Source: Stegostoma tigrinum (taxonomy: Eukaryota). Taken from it: a stretch of DNA of 64,000 nt. The notes under the pieces are model-generated. The model worked only from the letters and a program-made list of their open reading frames with translations. It was not told the origin of the DNA and ran no database searches. The position numbers were made by a program, and so were the translations under genes. The stretch is taken from the NCBI RefSeq assembly GCF_030684315.1, contig NC_081367.1, forward strand, positions 11,886,792 to 11,950,791, in the 5' to 3' direction. The stretch's first letter is position 1; each line of letters begins with the position of its first letter. Shown one piece after another: positions 12,001 through 24,216 of the stretch.

Positions 12001-13200
12001 AATTATTACTCCATTATCACACAGTATTGAAAAAAGGCATGTTAATTTTAACTGCCATGAATTGCATTGTGATGAAGCTGTGTCTGTCTAATGTATATTA
12101 GGCCATTGTGCGAAGGGTCTGTTTGTTTAATGCACTACAATGAACAGCAGAGTTGAGAGGCTCATCTGATCATTTAGGGGCTTTCTCTACTGGCTTAGGA
12201 GGAAGCATCCTGGTGCAGAAAGCACTTATCAAGCTCAGTGACCAGCAGCAGAGTCGCAGTCACAGTCCAGAAGCAGTCAGCTTCCACATCAGTGTACTGC
12301 CTGACTCTTTAGATCATAAACAGCTGCACAAAACTCTTACAAAAGAACAGACAGATTGGACGACACTCGTAGACACTTTCCGAGTTACCTCCTCAGTGTT
12401 TGCGAATTTAAAAAAATTCACAAACAACTGACATTATCGTGCATATCATTAAAGTGGTGGATTTGAAGTAGATAAAAGATGTGATTTGACCCCTGAAGGA
12501 GGCACCCTGACAGCTGAGATTCCACATTTTAAGGGGTTTGATTGGATAAGATTCAAGGGTCCCAAAGTTGAGATCCTGCCCACATAGGATTCCAGTGGAT
12601 CTGACCTGCTCTACACAGGGATCTCAATGAGTAGAAATTTGCAGAAATTTGAAATGGATTAAATCTCTATCCATAAGAGGTCCTGAAGACAAAGAACTAA
12701 TTGATGAAGTTCCCTCTTTTGGGCTTGTACATTCTCAATGTGTTAATCCAGCTAAAAGCTCAGAGAACCTGTCAGTAAAGTCCCAGGTTTGAACCTTGAG
12801 CTACAGCAATGTGGAGCAATGGAAAAATCATATTCTTGATATCTAGTTTTATTACAGCTCCTAGAAGAAACTACCATTTCAATGAAATTAGTGTAAATAA
12901 AATTAATTCTTAAGCACACTCAGCTAATTCAGTACCTAACTGAATGAGAGATAGAAATAAAAGAAATTACAAAATGTTGTTTGGAGTCAGCCAAATTTGG
13001 AGAGAATAGCAAAATTACCCACCTCTTTCATCACACCCTCAGCTACAGACAGAAGTGTTTTACGAGCGTCTCGGTTCACTATACTCTGTTAATCTGCTGC
13101 TCATAATAAAGTTTGCTGCTACCATCCTCTTTGAGTGTAGGAAATTAAGGGGACTGCTTGGTTTAGTATGCTAAAGGAAATCATGTCTAGGTCCAACCAT
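9100..13200 (+). pseudogene. possible heavily decayed leucine-rich-repeat transmembrane gene, interrupted by TEs at about 9780-10860
   Basis: One frame (9212-9619, five stops) gives LRR-like strings; SWHCCCNFR at about 11017-11043 resembles LRRCT PWxCxC; hydrophobic stretch at 12039-12098 followed by RR is in frame with ORF 12153-12431. Recognised by eye only. Confidence 0.35.
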
Positions 13201-14099
13201 GTAGTTAACAAGATATAGTTTCTTGCATGTTAGCAACTAGTCACAGGTTAAAATGAAATGATAAACTTTATTACAGAGATTTTGAGGAAGAATAGATGTT
13301 AGGCTTCACTCCTTTGAGACCCTAAGTTGTATTGCCCATTAGTCTCTTTGATATCATATCAATGGATGGCACCCACAGCATTCCCCAGCTCTTTCAGACC
13401 CTCTCAGTCTCTTATGCAAAATGTTATCCAGAACTGTACATTCACTTCTTGCTTCTGAATATCATAGTTGCAGAGTCATAGAGTAATACTTCATGGAAAC
13501 AGATCCTTCAGTCCAACCAGTCTATGCTGGCCATAATCCCAAAATAAGATAGTCCCACCTGCCTACACCTGGCCCATATCCCTCCAAACATTTCTTATCC
13601 ATGTACTTATCTAAATGTCTTTTAGACATTGTAAATATAGTCGCATCTACCACTTCCTCTGGAAGTTCATTCTACTCATGAACCAAAGGTTATACATTAC
13701 CCAAATGTACTTCTGTTTTCTACGTGTCTTGGCTATATAGCAATATGATTGTGAATGCGACAATTTGAAGGGAGATAGTTGCATTGCGGTAATATCACTG
13801 AACTAGTAATCTAGAGACCCGGGTTAATGCTGTGTAGACTTTGGTGAATCCCACTGTTGCAAACGATGACATTTGAATTTATTTTTTTTAAAAATCTGGA
13901 ACAGTTAGCTGCCGTAAGGTACCCGTCTGATTCACTAATGCTCTTTAGGGAAGGAACAGTGCCCTCCTTATCTGGCCTTCATGTCACTTCAGAATCATAG
14001 CAATGTGGTTGATCTGAGCTGCCATTGTGCAAATAAGGATGGAGAATAAATGGTGACCTTGCCAGTGATAAAAAGTAAACTGTTGGTCAAAGCAGGGGA

Positions 14100-15520
14100 A
14101 AAATATAGATGTTGCAACTATAGATTTATCAGATACAACAACAAGAATCAAATATATCATAAAGGACAAAATTAATTTTCATAGAAGAAGCATGGATTAA
14201 TAAGAGTCAACTGAATCTGTCATAAAGACAAATGTAACTAATTTAATTGACTTTTTGATGAGGTAACAGTGCAGATTGATATAGGTAGACCAGTATATAT
14301 CATAAATATGACTTTTAAAAGTCAGTTATACAGTGCTATATAACTGACTTATTCAGCAAATAGAAGCACATAGAATTAAAGGGATCGTAGTATCTTGGGC
14401 ACTTAACTGAGAAGTTGGCTGGGTGGTTGGTTTGTGAAGCAGTGCAATGCTGTCAGCTTGGGCTCAATCCACACGTCAGCTGAGCTTACCATGAAGGACT
14501 CTCCTTCTCAACTTCTCCCCTCGTGTGAGGTATGGTGACCCTCAGGTTAAACCAGCACCAGTTGGCCTCTCTCTAATGAGGAGTAGCCATGGTGTGGTCA
14601 GACTACGGCAACGTGAGTGGTGAATGGTTGCTTTTTTGGCTGGAACAAAGTATATGATGGAGAAACCAAACATTGGTATGAAGACGATTGTTCTTGTAAA
14701 TCGTCTGGACCTGGTTTTAAGAAGTGCAGTTTTGATATTTGTGGATGATGCAAGAACTTGGTGACATGGTAAATTATGTGGAAGATAATGGCAGACTTTG
14801 GGACCAATTAGGACAGTGATTTTGACAGATGAATGATAGATCCAACTTAATACAGGTAGGTATTAAGGTGATACACTTTGGGGATTAAAATGAAGACAGT
14901 ATAATATAAATGTACCCCTGTGAGGGGAGTGAGGTATTCTAAAATCTTTGATGGTGGCAGCACAAGTTAATAAGGTAATTAGGAAAGGACATGGGTGAGG
15001 TGACTTTGTACATAGGGACAAATACAAGGAAATCACCCTTCACATATCACTAGCTGGGCTTCAGCTGGAGTGTTGTGTCTTGTTCTGGGGATCACCCTTT
15101 AGAAAGGATGCCAGGGCCTTGCCAAAGGAAGAGACAATTGTACCTAGAATGTGGAACTTTAGCAATGCTGAAAGATTTCCAAAGCTGGAATTGTTGTTCT
15201 AGGAAACAGATGAGATTAAGAATAGATGTAATTATGATGATCAAAATTACAACAGATTTTGCAGGAGCAAGGAGGGAGAAATTTTATTTTTCTAGCAAAT
15301 TAGTTACCAGAGGTGGCAGTAGAGGAAATATTAAAAGTTCTTTTCATGTTACGTTTTGGATTGCACAAGTGTACCTGAATCACATGTACCTCAAATAGTC
15401 ATTGCAAGTTTACATGGAAAAGGCTGTGATATGAGACTAAATTGGACACACTTTCCAAGAGCTGGCAGAGATGTGCTAGATCAAATGACTTCCTTCTGTG
15501 CAACAAGATTCTATAATTCT
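14100..15520 (+). mobile_element. highly decayed CR1 RT fragment with a short repeat inserted at about 14400-14610
   Basis: Remnants of QHG, LIDFFDEVT and QLECCV motifs; the insert is a reverse-complement match to 21460-21660. Confidence 0.55.
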
Positions 15521-15750
15521 TAAGGTTCCAGAAATCCTAATGTTGAATCCTTCTCAAGCTTGGTGAATTTTATGTATGGAAGCTCTCCGTTGTTATTGGA
15601 CTGGCTCTTGGTTTGTTTACTGGCTTCAATCCTAATTCCAGATGTCATCCTGGGTCTCGTCCTAATTCATACATCAGTCCCAGTTTGAGTACATATCTGG
15701 TTGTTAACAAGCTTCGTTTCATGCATCAGATCCTTGACAGGCTCTCGTCA

Positions 15751-15987
15751 AGGTTTCAGGACAGACTCTGTTTCATGTGACATTTCAACTTTGGGTCGAG
15801 TTGCTGATTCAGGAGCTGCACCTGGATATGATTTAATTTCAGGCTGTGCTTCAGGAGCTGTACCTGATTTGGGTTTAATTTCTAGTTCAGGTTGAGAAGC
15901 TGCTGCAGTTTTGGGTGTAATTTCTGGTTCTAGTTCAGGGAGCTGCTGCTGGTTTGGCCGAGTGTTTGGCTCAGGAACTGCTGTCTT
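15751..15987 (-). repeat. degenerate 42-bp tandem repeat forming a stop-free Pro/Glu-rich antisense frame
   Basis: Minus strand reads PELEPEITPKTAAA/SQPELEIKPKSGTA/PEAQPEIKSYPGAA; no start codon at its 5' end. Confidence 0.55.
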
Positions 15988-16060
15988 TCAGTACACTTTC
16001 AGATCAGTGCAATGTTGAAGCCTCTATAGACAGTTTACCTTCTGTCCACTCATCCACAGA

Positions 16061-16207
16061 ATGTCAAGCTCTGATAAAACTCCCGAGGTGGATCTCAGAC
16101 ACATCTTGAAGATGAACAGGACTGAGATTTCAATGGCCATCGATGACCTCTTCCCATTTCTACATGGACTGGTGGATCACAATGTCATCACAGAGCAAAT
16201 ATTCAAG
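16061..16207 (+). CDS. AIRE: AIRE exon 1 (CARD/HSR N-half)
   Basis: ATG...AAG|gtatga; [49 protein letters not shown] vs human [38 protein letters not shown]. Confidence 0.93.
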
Positions 16208-19200
16208 GTATGAAAATGGGTCAGTGTTCAGCCAAGCGATGTGAAGTCATGACTATAGACTGATACAAATCAAACTATTACTGTGTGTTGTAGAAACACA
16301 GAAGGTTTCAGGACTGGAAATGTCTATCAAGTAATGACCTCTGTACAGGCTGATGGATTAATCAACAGCAGTGCCCTGGCTCAGATATCAGGTATCAAGT
16401 CTGTATTGAAAGAGCTCGAGCTCTCACTTGGATAGATAACTCTAGGACAAAACCTGTTCGAGAGAAAGAACATTGCAGAGAGAATGTGAGGATCAGAACA
16501 TGAGATTGAAAGAGAACATCAGAGAGAGAGAAAGAATAAGAATGTGAGTAAGATAGTAACAGCAAGAACAAGAAGAGTGAAGAGAAAATGAAGTTGGGAA
16601 CATGAGAAATGATGCAACTGCTAGAGGATTTGAAACTGAAATTAAATAAAATGTTCTAAAATAGGAAGAGAGCAAGCTAGGAAAAGGTAGTTGAGAAAAA
16701 AATCATGTGTGAAACCACAACCAGCATGAAGTAGTCCACAAATGAAAATATGAAAGTATGTGAGCGATCGCAAAGAGACCAGTACTTGGCAGAAATGTTT
16801 GACTTTAAATATGAGTAACCATTTGAAGGAATTGTTTCTATCTTTCTGTCATACAGTCTCAGCCTCTTATTTCTGGAATCACTGAAATACACTCACACTT
16901 AAGGTTTTGGCAAAGATTTGCAGCTTGGGTTGTGGGTGAGCTTGTTGACTTGCTTGCTGAGCTGGCATGTTTTCATTCAGATGTTTGGTCACCATGCTAG
17001 GTAACATCATCAGCGATCTTATTCTACTCCGCTTGGAATTTATACTGTCTGGTCTGTTATGGTGACTTGTATCATTTCCAGTTCTGTTCCGTATGGGCTT
17101 GTATACAAAGTCCAATTCGATATGTTTGTTGATTGCATTAAGGGTTGAGAACCATGCTTTTAGGAATTCCCATGTGTGTCTGTATTTGGCTTCGGCTACT
17201 AATCGTTATGTTGTCCCTGTTAAACTGATGGCCTTCATTGTCTGAGTACTGATATTAGGGAAAGTTCATTGTGTAATTTGCTGCTAGCTGATGTTCGTAT
17301 ATTCTGATGGCTAGTTTCCTTCTTGTCTGTCTAATGTGATGATTGTGGCAGTCATTGCATGGCATTTTGTCAACTATGTTGATTCTGCATGTTGTGAAAA
17401 TGGTGTCTTTAATTCTTGTGAGTGTTTATTGTAGTCGGGTTGTGGGCTTGTGGGCTACCATGATTCCTAGTGTTCGTGGGAGTCTCATTGTCAGTTCTGA
17501 TATGTTCGTGATGTGGGGCAGTGTGGCCAGTGTGTTGGGGCATACTGTGTCCTCTTGTTTTTGTCTGTTTAGTAGGCACCTGCAGATGAAGTTGCAGGGA
17601 TATCCGTTTGTAGCAAAGATTTTGTGTAGGTGCTCTTCCATTTTCCTGCATGTTGCTGAGAGTCATAGCCAATTTAAATAGTGTCCTAATGCAGCTTTGT
17701 TTGTGGACATTGGAGTGCTTGCTGTGAAAGTTGGGGATTTGGTCAGAGTGGGTTTCTTTCTTGTGTATCTAGGTTTGGAATTCCCCGTTGGTCATCCATT
17801 CAGCTCTGACATCCAGAAACAGAAGCTGATTGTTGTTTTCTTCTTCTGTCATGAATTTGATCCCCACGAATATGTTGTTCATGAGGTGGCAGGTACATTC
17901 TAGTTCGGTGCATTTAATGATGACAAATGTGTCGTCCATGTACCGGACCCATAGTTTAGATTGAATGAGGAAAAGGGTCGTGTGTTCTAGTCTTTGAATG
18001 ACCGACTCACGCTGGCCACACTGCTCCATATCAAGAGCATATCAGAAGTGACAACGAGATTCCTACAACCCTTACGAATCATGGTAGCCCACAAGCCCAC
18101 AGCCCCTCTACGATAAACACAAGGATTAAAGACCCCATTCCTACAAGATGCAGAACCAATGTAGTCTACAAAGTACCAAGCAATGACTGCCACAAGCATT
18201 ACATTGGACATACAAGAAAGAAACTAGCCATCAGAATACACGAACATCAGCTAACAGCTAAACAAAGAACTTGCCTTAATATCAGTACACTTGGACAATG
18301 AAGGCCATCAATTTGACTGGGACACATAACCATAGTAACGCAAGCCAAACACAGACATACACAGGAATTCCCAGGGGCCTGGTTCTCAACCCATAATGCA
18401 ATCAACAAGCATATAGAATTGGATTCATATAGAAATACATACAGAACAGAACTGAAATGACACAACTCACCATAACAGACTGGACAGTATAAACTCTAAG
18501 CAGAGTAGAATAACATTGCTTCATCGGAGGCCTCACTGATGATGCTAACTAGCATGGTGACAAAACGTCTGAATGAAAACAAAGTCAGCTTGGCAAGCAA
18601 GTCAACAACCTTACACACTCAGATTAATGACAAGTTACTAATTGATTTTCAACAGGAAACATTACAGCTGAAGGAACAGAAGGGTAGCAACAAGGCCGTG
18701 TACACTGTCCTCACATGGATCCTGGAGAAGAGCAATGGATCCATCAGTGAGTTCTGGAAGAATCTCTTCAAAGATTACAATCTGGAGCGGTACCCCAAAC
18801 TCCAGCCAGTTTACCACAGCTTTCCAAAAGGCAAGTGAAGAGATTGATACGTCTATCTGCCACAGGATGGACAGGAAACAATCAGTGTGTGTTAAGTTTC
18901 TTACAATCTAGGAGACTGTGATAACAAAACTACAACAGATTGTGAAGAGAATTGACAGGGATACAATTACAGGGTAACATTTGTGTACGTTGATTTATTT
19001 TTCACTGTTTATTTCTCTGCATTTGTCTTTTTCACTCCCTTGCTATTACCCTCTCTCTTGAGTTTTGGGTGTCCTCTCGACAATTTTTCTTACTAGCCTT
19101 TGTGGTTTTGTCAGTCGCACTCCCTTAGTTTCCTGTTTCTGTTCTTGTGAACTTGCTTCTGTCCTTTGCCATTGGTTGCTTTTAATTGAGAACAGGGTAA

Positions 19201-22200
19201 TTGTGATTCAATAGCCTTTTCTATGTCTCACCCTATTTCCATCAAGAGCAAGATAAACCAGGTTCCCAATTCTCTATCATTCATTTTACAATATCACAGA
19301 AAATCAAAATGATTTGCTATGTCTTATTTACTGTCAGTATATGCAGGTCTGTATTTTTTTAAAATCATGTGAGCAGAGTGTGCAACAGGAGACTGAGGGT
19401 GAAATAGTTCAAATATGGCTATTTTGTTGCACTTTGACTGTTTGCCTATCTCTTTCTTTTTTTTAAATATAAATTCATTCAAAGGATGTATGAACCACTG
19501 GCTAGGCCAGTATTTATTGCCCATTCCTAATTGTGCTTCAGAAGGCAATGATGAGCTGTCTTTTTGAACCGCTGTAATCCTTGTTGTGTAGGTACACTCA
19601 GAGTGCTGTTAGGAAGGGGAATTCCAGGGTTTTGACCCAGCATCAGTGAAGGAACAGCAATATAATTCCAAGTCAGGATGGCATCTAATTTTGAGGGCAC
19701 TTATGTGTTCCCATGCATCTGCTGCCCTGTCCTTTTAGGTGCTGGAGGTCACAGGGTTAGAAGCTGCAGTCTAAGAAACCTATGTAAATTGTTGAAATGC
19801 ATCTTGTATTGTACGCACTGCTGCTATGTGCATCAGTAATGGAGGAAGCAAATGTTGACATTAGTGATGGAGTGCCAATCAAGAATGGATTGTTGTTTTC
19901 TGTTTGGTGTTGAGCATCTTTAGTGTTGTTAGAACTACCCTCATCCAGGCAAGTGGCACATATTCCATCAGACTTCTGATTTGTCGGTGCAGCAACAATA
20001 TTTGCATACAAATATTTACTGTTCCGGTTTAGTTTCAGGTCAATGGCAACTCCCAAGGTGTTGATAGCAAGCTGTCTGTCCTGTAATTGCCTTCCTAATG
20101 CATTATTTATCCACATTATTTATAAGTTTGTGAAATAACAGCAGAGTGAATTTTTACTGTTGTTATTAAACTTCAAGACACATGTCTCAATAAGAACCTG
20201 AGCTATGTGGTGTGTATTATGTGAGCTAATATTTGTAGGACAGTAAATATTCAGATCATATCATTACTGACAGTGGTGTTTCACCAAAGAAACATCAGTG
20301 AGTGCTTGTTGTGTAGATGTGGGAGTATAAGGAGGTATGGGTAAGCAATGGCCTAGTGGTATTATCACTAAACTGTTAATCCAGAGACCCAGGTAATGCT
20401 CTGGGGTCCCAGGTTCAAATCCCACCACAGCAGATGGTGGAATTTGAATTCAATAAGATATCTGGAATTAAGAATCTAATGAAGAACATGAATCCATTGT
20501 CAATTGTCAGAAAAGCCCATCTGGTTCACTAATGTCCTTTAGGGAGGGAAACTGCCATCCTTACCTTTACAGGACATTGATTAGACTACTTTTGGAACAC
20601 TGCATTCAGTTTTGATCTCCCTATTATAGGAGAAGTGTTGTGAAATTTGAAAGGGTTCAGAAAAGGTTTATGAGAATGTTGCTGGGGTTTGAGGTATAGA
20701 GAGAGGCTAAACAAGCTGGTACTATTTTCCATGGAGCATTGGAAGCTGAGGGTTAACTTAAGAGAAGTTTATAAAATCATGAGGGGCATGGATCAGGTGA
20801 ACATAGGAAGTCTTTTCACCGGTGTAAGGGAGTACTAAACTGGAGAGTATAGATTTAAAATGAAAGGGAGAAATATTTAAAAGGGATCTAAGGGGCAACT
20901 TTTTCACACAGACAGTGGTGCATGTATGGAATGAAACTGCTCGAGGAAGTGGTGGAGGCTGGTACAATTTAAAAGGCATCAGGATGTGTACATGAATAGG
21001 AAATGTTTAGAGGGATATGAACCTAATACTGTCAAATGGGAATAGATGAATTGAGGATATCTAGTTGGTATAAATGAGTTGGACCAAAGGGTCTGTTTCC
21101 ATGCTGTACATCTCTATGACTCTATGACTCTAACTGGGTCAATGTGTCATTAATGGTGGTGGGCTTTCAACCCTGCCTGCCTCAGCATGCAGTCTCAGGC
21201 CTGCTGGTCAGGAGTTGGCATCTCTCACTACAGACATCACTCACATTCTGTCATGAAATTCAGGTGGACTGGCCTTCTGGGCAGGAGGCAGCACTGGGAC
21301 ATTAGGAAATGGCCCCACTTGCAATCCGAGGATGAAAATCCAGGCCTGTCTCTCAATTTATATCTGTCTTTGTTAAAATCATGGTTCTGATTGGATCTGT
21401 ATCTGGTATTGTGTAGTTTTCCTGCCCCTGCTACATTTGGGCTATGTCAAATTTAACAACCTAAGGTTACCATACTCCCATGATACCATAGGGCTGCTCT
21501 CTCAATAGACTCGTGGTGGTTTAACCTGAGGGTAACCACACTTCAGGTGAGGGGAAAGGTTGAGAAGGGGAGCACCTCAGCCCATGCAGTGGTTCAACCC
21601 ATTGCAGTTGGCATCACCTTACATCGCAAAACAGCCATCCAGCCAACTGAGCTAACTGACATCCTAATGTTCCATTTATCGTGTGGGTCCCTCTTTCTTT
21701 CTCTGTCTTTTATATAAGAACATAGTTTATTTAGGTGACGTTACAGCACCATTTACATCCATTGACATACTGTTAGCCAGAGAGACACTAGCCACACTAC
21801 TAGGAGGACCAGGAGCACCGACCCTGAATGCCAACAATAACATCAGCAAGGAGAGCTGACTGAAACTACTAGACTTATGCCTCACAATGGACTTCATGTT
21901 CAATGGTCAAGTATACAAACAGATCAGTGGCACACCGATGGGATCACCCATCTCAGGTCTCACTGCAGAAGCAGTGTTGCAGAGACTGGAATACACAGGC
22001 CTTCCTATAATCCAACCGAAACTGTGGAGAAGATACATGGGTGACATATTTGTAATAATCAAATGCAGAAAAATAGGAGAAACCCACCAACTTGTTCATA
22101 TCATCTTCATAAACAGAACATTTACTAGAGAGGAACGAAACAACAAACAGCTCCCATTCTTAGACGTAATGGTAGAGAGATTTACAAACGGTGAATTTCC

Positions 22201-24153
22201 AGACCCAAGTGTGCAAGAAGGCCACACACACGGGCTAAATCCTTAACTTCAATAGCAACCACCCCACCATACACAAACAGAGCAGCATTAAGACACTATC
22301 TAAACGAGCCTTATCACATTGCAACACCCCAGAACTCCAGAGAATGGAAGAGGAACACCTGCACAAAGTATTTATTGACAACAGATACCCAAGAAGTTTC
22401 ATCTGCTGATGCCTACAAAACAAACAACAGTCAGAGGCCAGAGTACAATAGAAGACACTAGCAACGCTAACCTACCTCAAAAAAAAATCAGAAATGACAA
22501 CCAGACACCTTAGACAGCATAGGATCATGATTGCACTGAAACTTGCATCAACACTGCATCAAAAGCTATCAAAGACTAAAGACTTCATACCAACAGTACA
22601 CAGGATTAACATGTGTACAGAATCCCATACAGTGAGTGCAATAAACATTACATTGGACAAACAGGGAGGAAACTGACAACCAGGATACACGAACACCAGC
22701 TGGCGTAAAAAGACACTAACAATATTCACTTGTCTCAATACACACAGACAACGAAGGACATCAGTTCAACTGGGACAAAGTGATGATACTGGGACAAATG
22801 AACAACAGATATGCAAGGGAATTTCTGGAGGCCTATTTCTGAACATGGGTTTCCATTAACAAGCACATAGAAAGAGAGCCTGTATACAGATTGCTGCTGA
22901 GAAGCAGAACCGGAAGCGACAAGTGACACCAGAGAATCACACTAACTTGGAACAGAACAGAACACCTATGCTTCAATTAGAGGTCACACTGATGATGTTG
23001 CCTAGAATGGTAACAAAACATCTGCACACCACAGAACAACCGGGTTGGCGAGCAAACAAACAACCATAAGCATCTGTATCCAAATGAACGGCTGGGATGT
23101 AAATGGTTGCCCCTGTGCTTATGTTGACCATTGTCTGTTCACAGACTTGTTTCTGGTAATTCCCACACCTAGTTTGGTCTCCCAACTGAAACTTTCAGCA
23201 ATTCCTATCATGGGCACTGCCCCTGGTGGCCCAAATATTAGCAACTTAATTCTTCTGCTGCAATGCAATAATAGCAGAGACTCATTTGAGGTACCACTAA
23301 TAGTAATATTAGCCTGGTGTTTGCAGTCAGAGGAAGCCGAACCATATGCATATTAAACATAATCATGATTAGCCTTTTCCTCTACTGCTCAGAGCAGATA
23401 GCTACAGACAGGCGCAATTGGTGTTGGCTAAGTGAAACACAAATGAACTTGAATGATTACTTCTGCTGCTGGGTGAATGAGGAACAAGTAAATAAAACAG
23501 AAGGATCTCACTAGATGAAACTAGTAGGGAGGAGGGATGTTCTCAAAACTAAGACTTAGTGAACTGTAGGATCCTTTTCCTTGTATTGTCAGTCAACGGT
23601 TGTGCAGCCAGAACACTTCATAGATCAAACTTGCAACAATGCCTCCAACCAGAATTGGTCATCCTAGTAGGTTGATATTTTTATAAGACTGCAGCAGGAA
23701 AGTGAAAATAATTCACTGTTCTGCTTGGAATTTACAGACCTTGACCTTAATAAACTGAGACGAGGAAGGAAGACCCCCAGAATGTCTCCCAATCAGATAA
23801 CAACAAGGCCTCCGCTAAAACGAAAATCTCCCGAGGAGTCACCAGTCAGTGCTGCCGGCATGAATACAAAATGTAGCAATAATAGGGAGACACCAGGTAA
23901 GATAACATTCTATAAGGAGCCCTCGAGTGCAGCATTAAACAGTCCATTCGGCAAAATCAATGAGTTCACGTCATTCCAAGTTCAAATATACAATTTTTAA
24001 GTCCTATAGCTGTAGTACTGATGTCTCTACACTCAAATAGATCAAGTACAGAAACACACACCCCAAATACTGAGGCCTGTACACATTCAAAGGTATTCAC
24101 ACAGACACATGTTCAATCATTCTCACGCAGACACGCAGTACTGAGACCTGAGT

Positions 24154-24216
<63 letters not shown>

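Noticed and set aside
1984-16060. In-frame SP-AIRE fusion by skipping the SP terminal exon
   Set aside because: The donor at 1983 is phase 0 and the acceptor at 16059 needs phase 2, giving a frameshift. Splicing to AIRE exon 2 would be in phase but there is no evidence for it.
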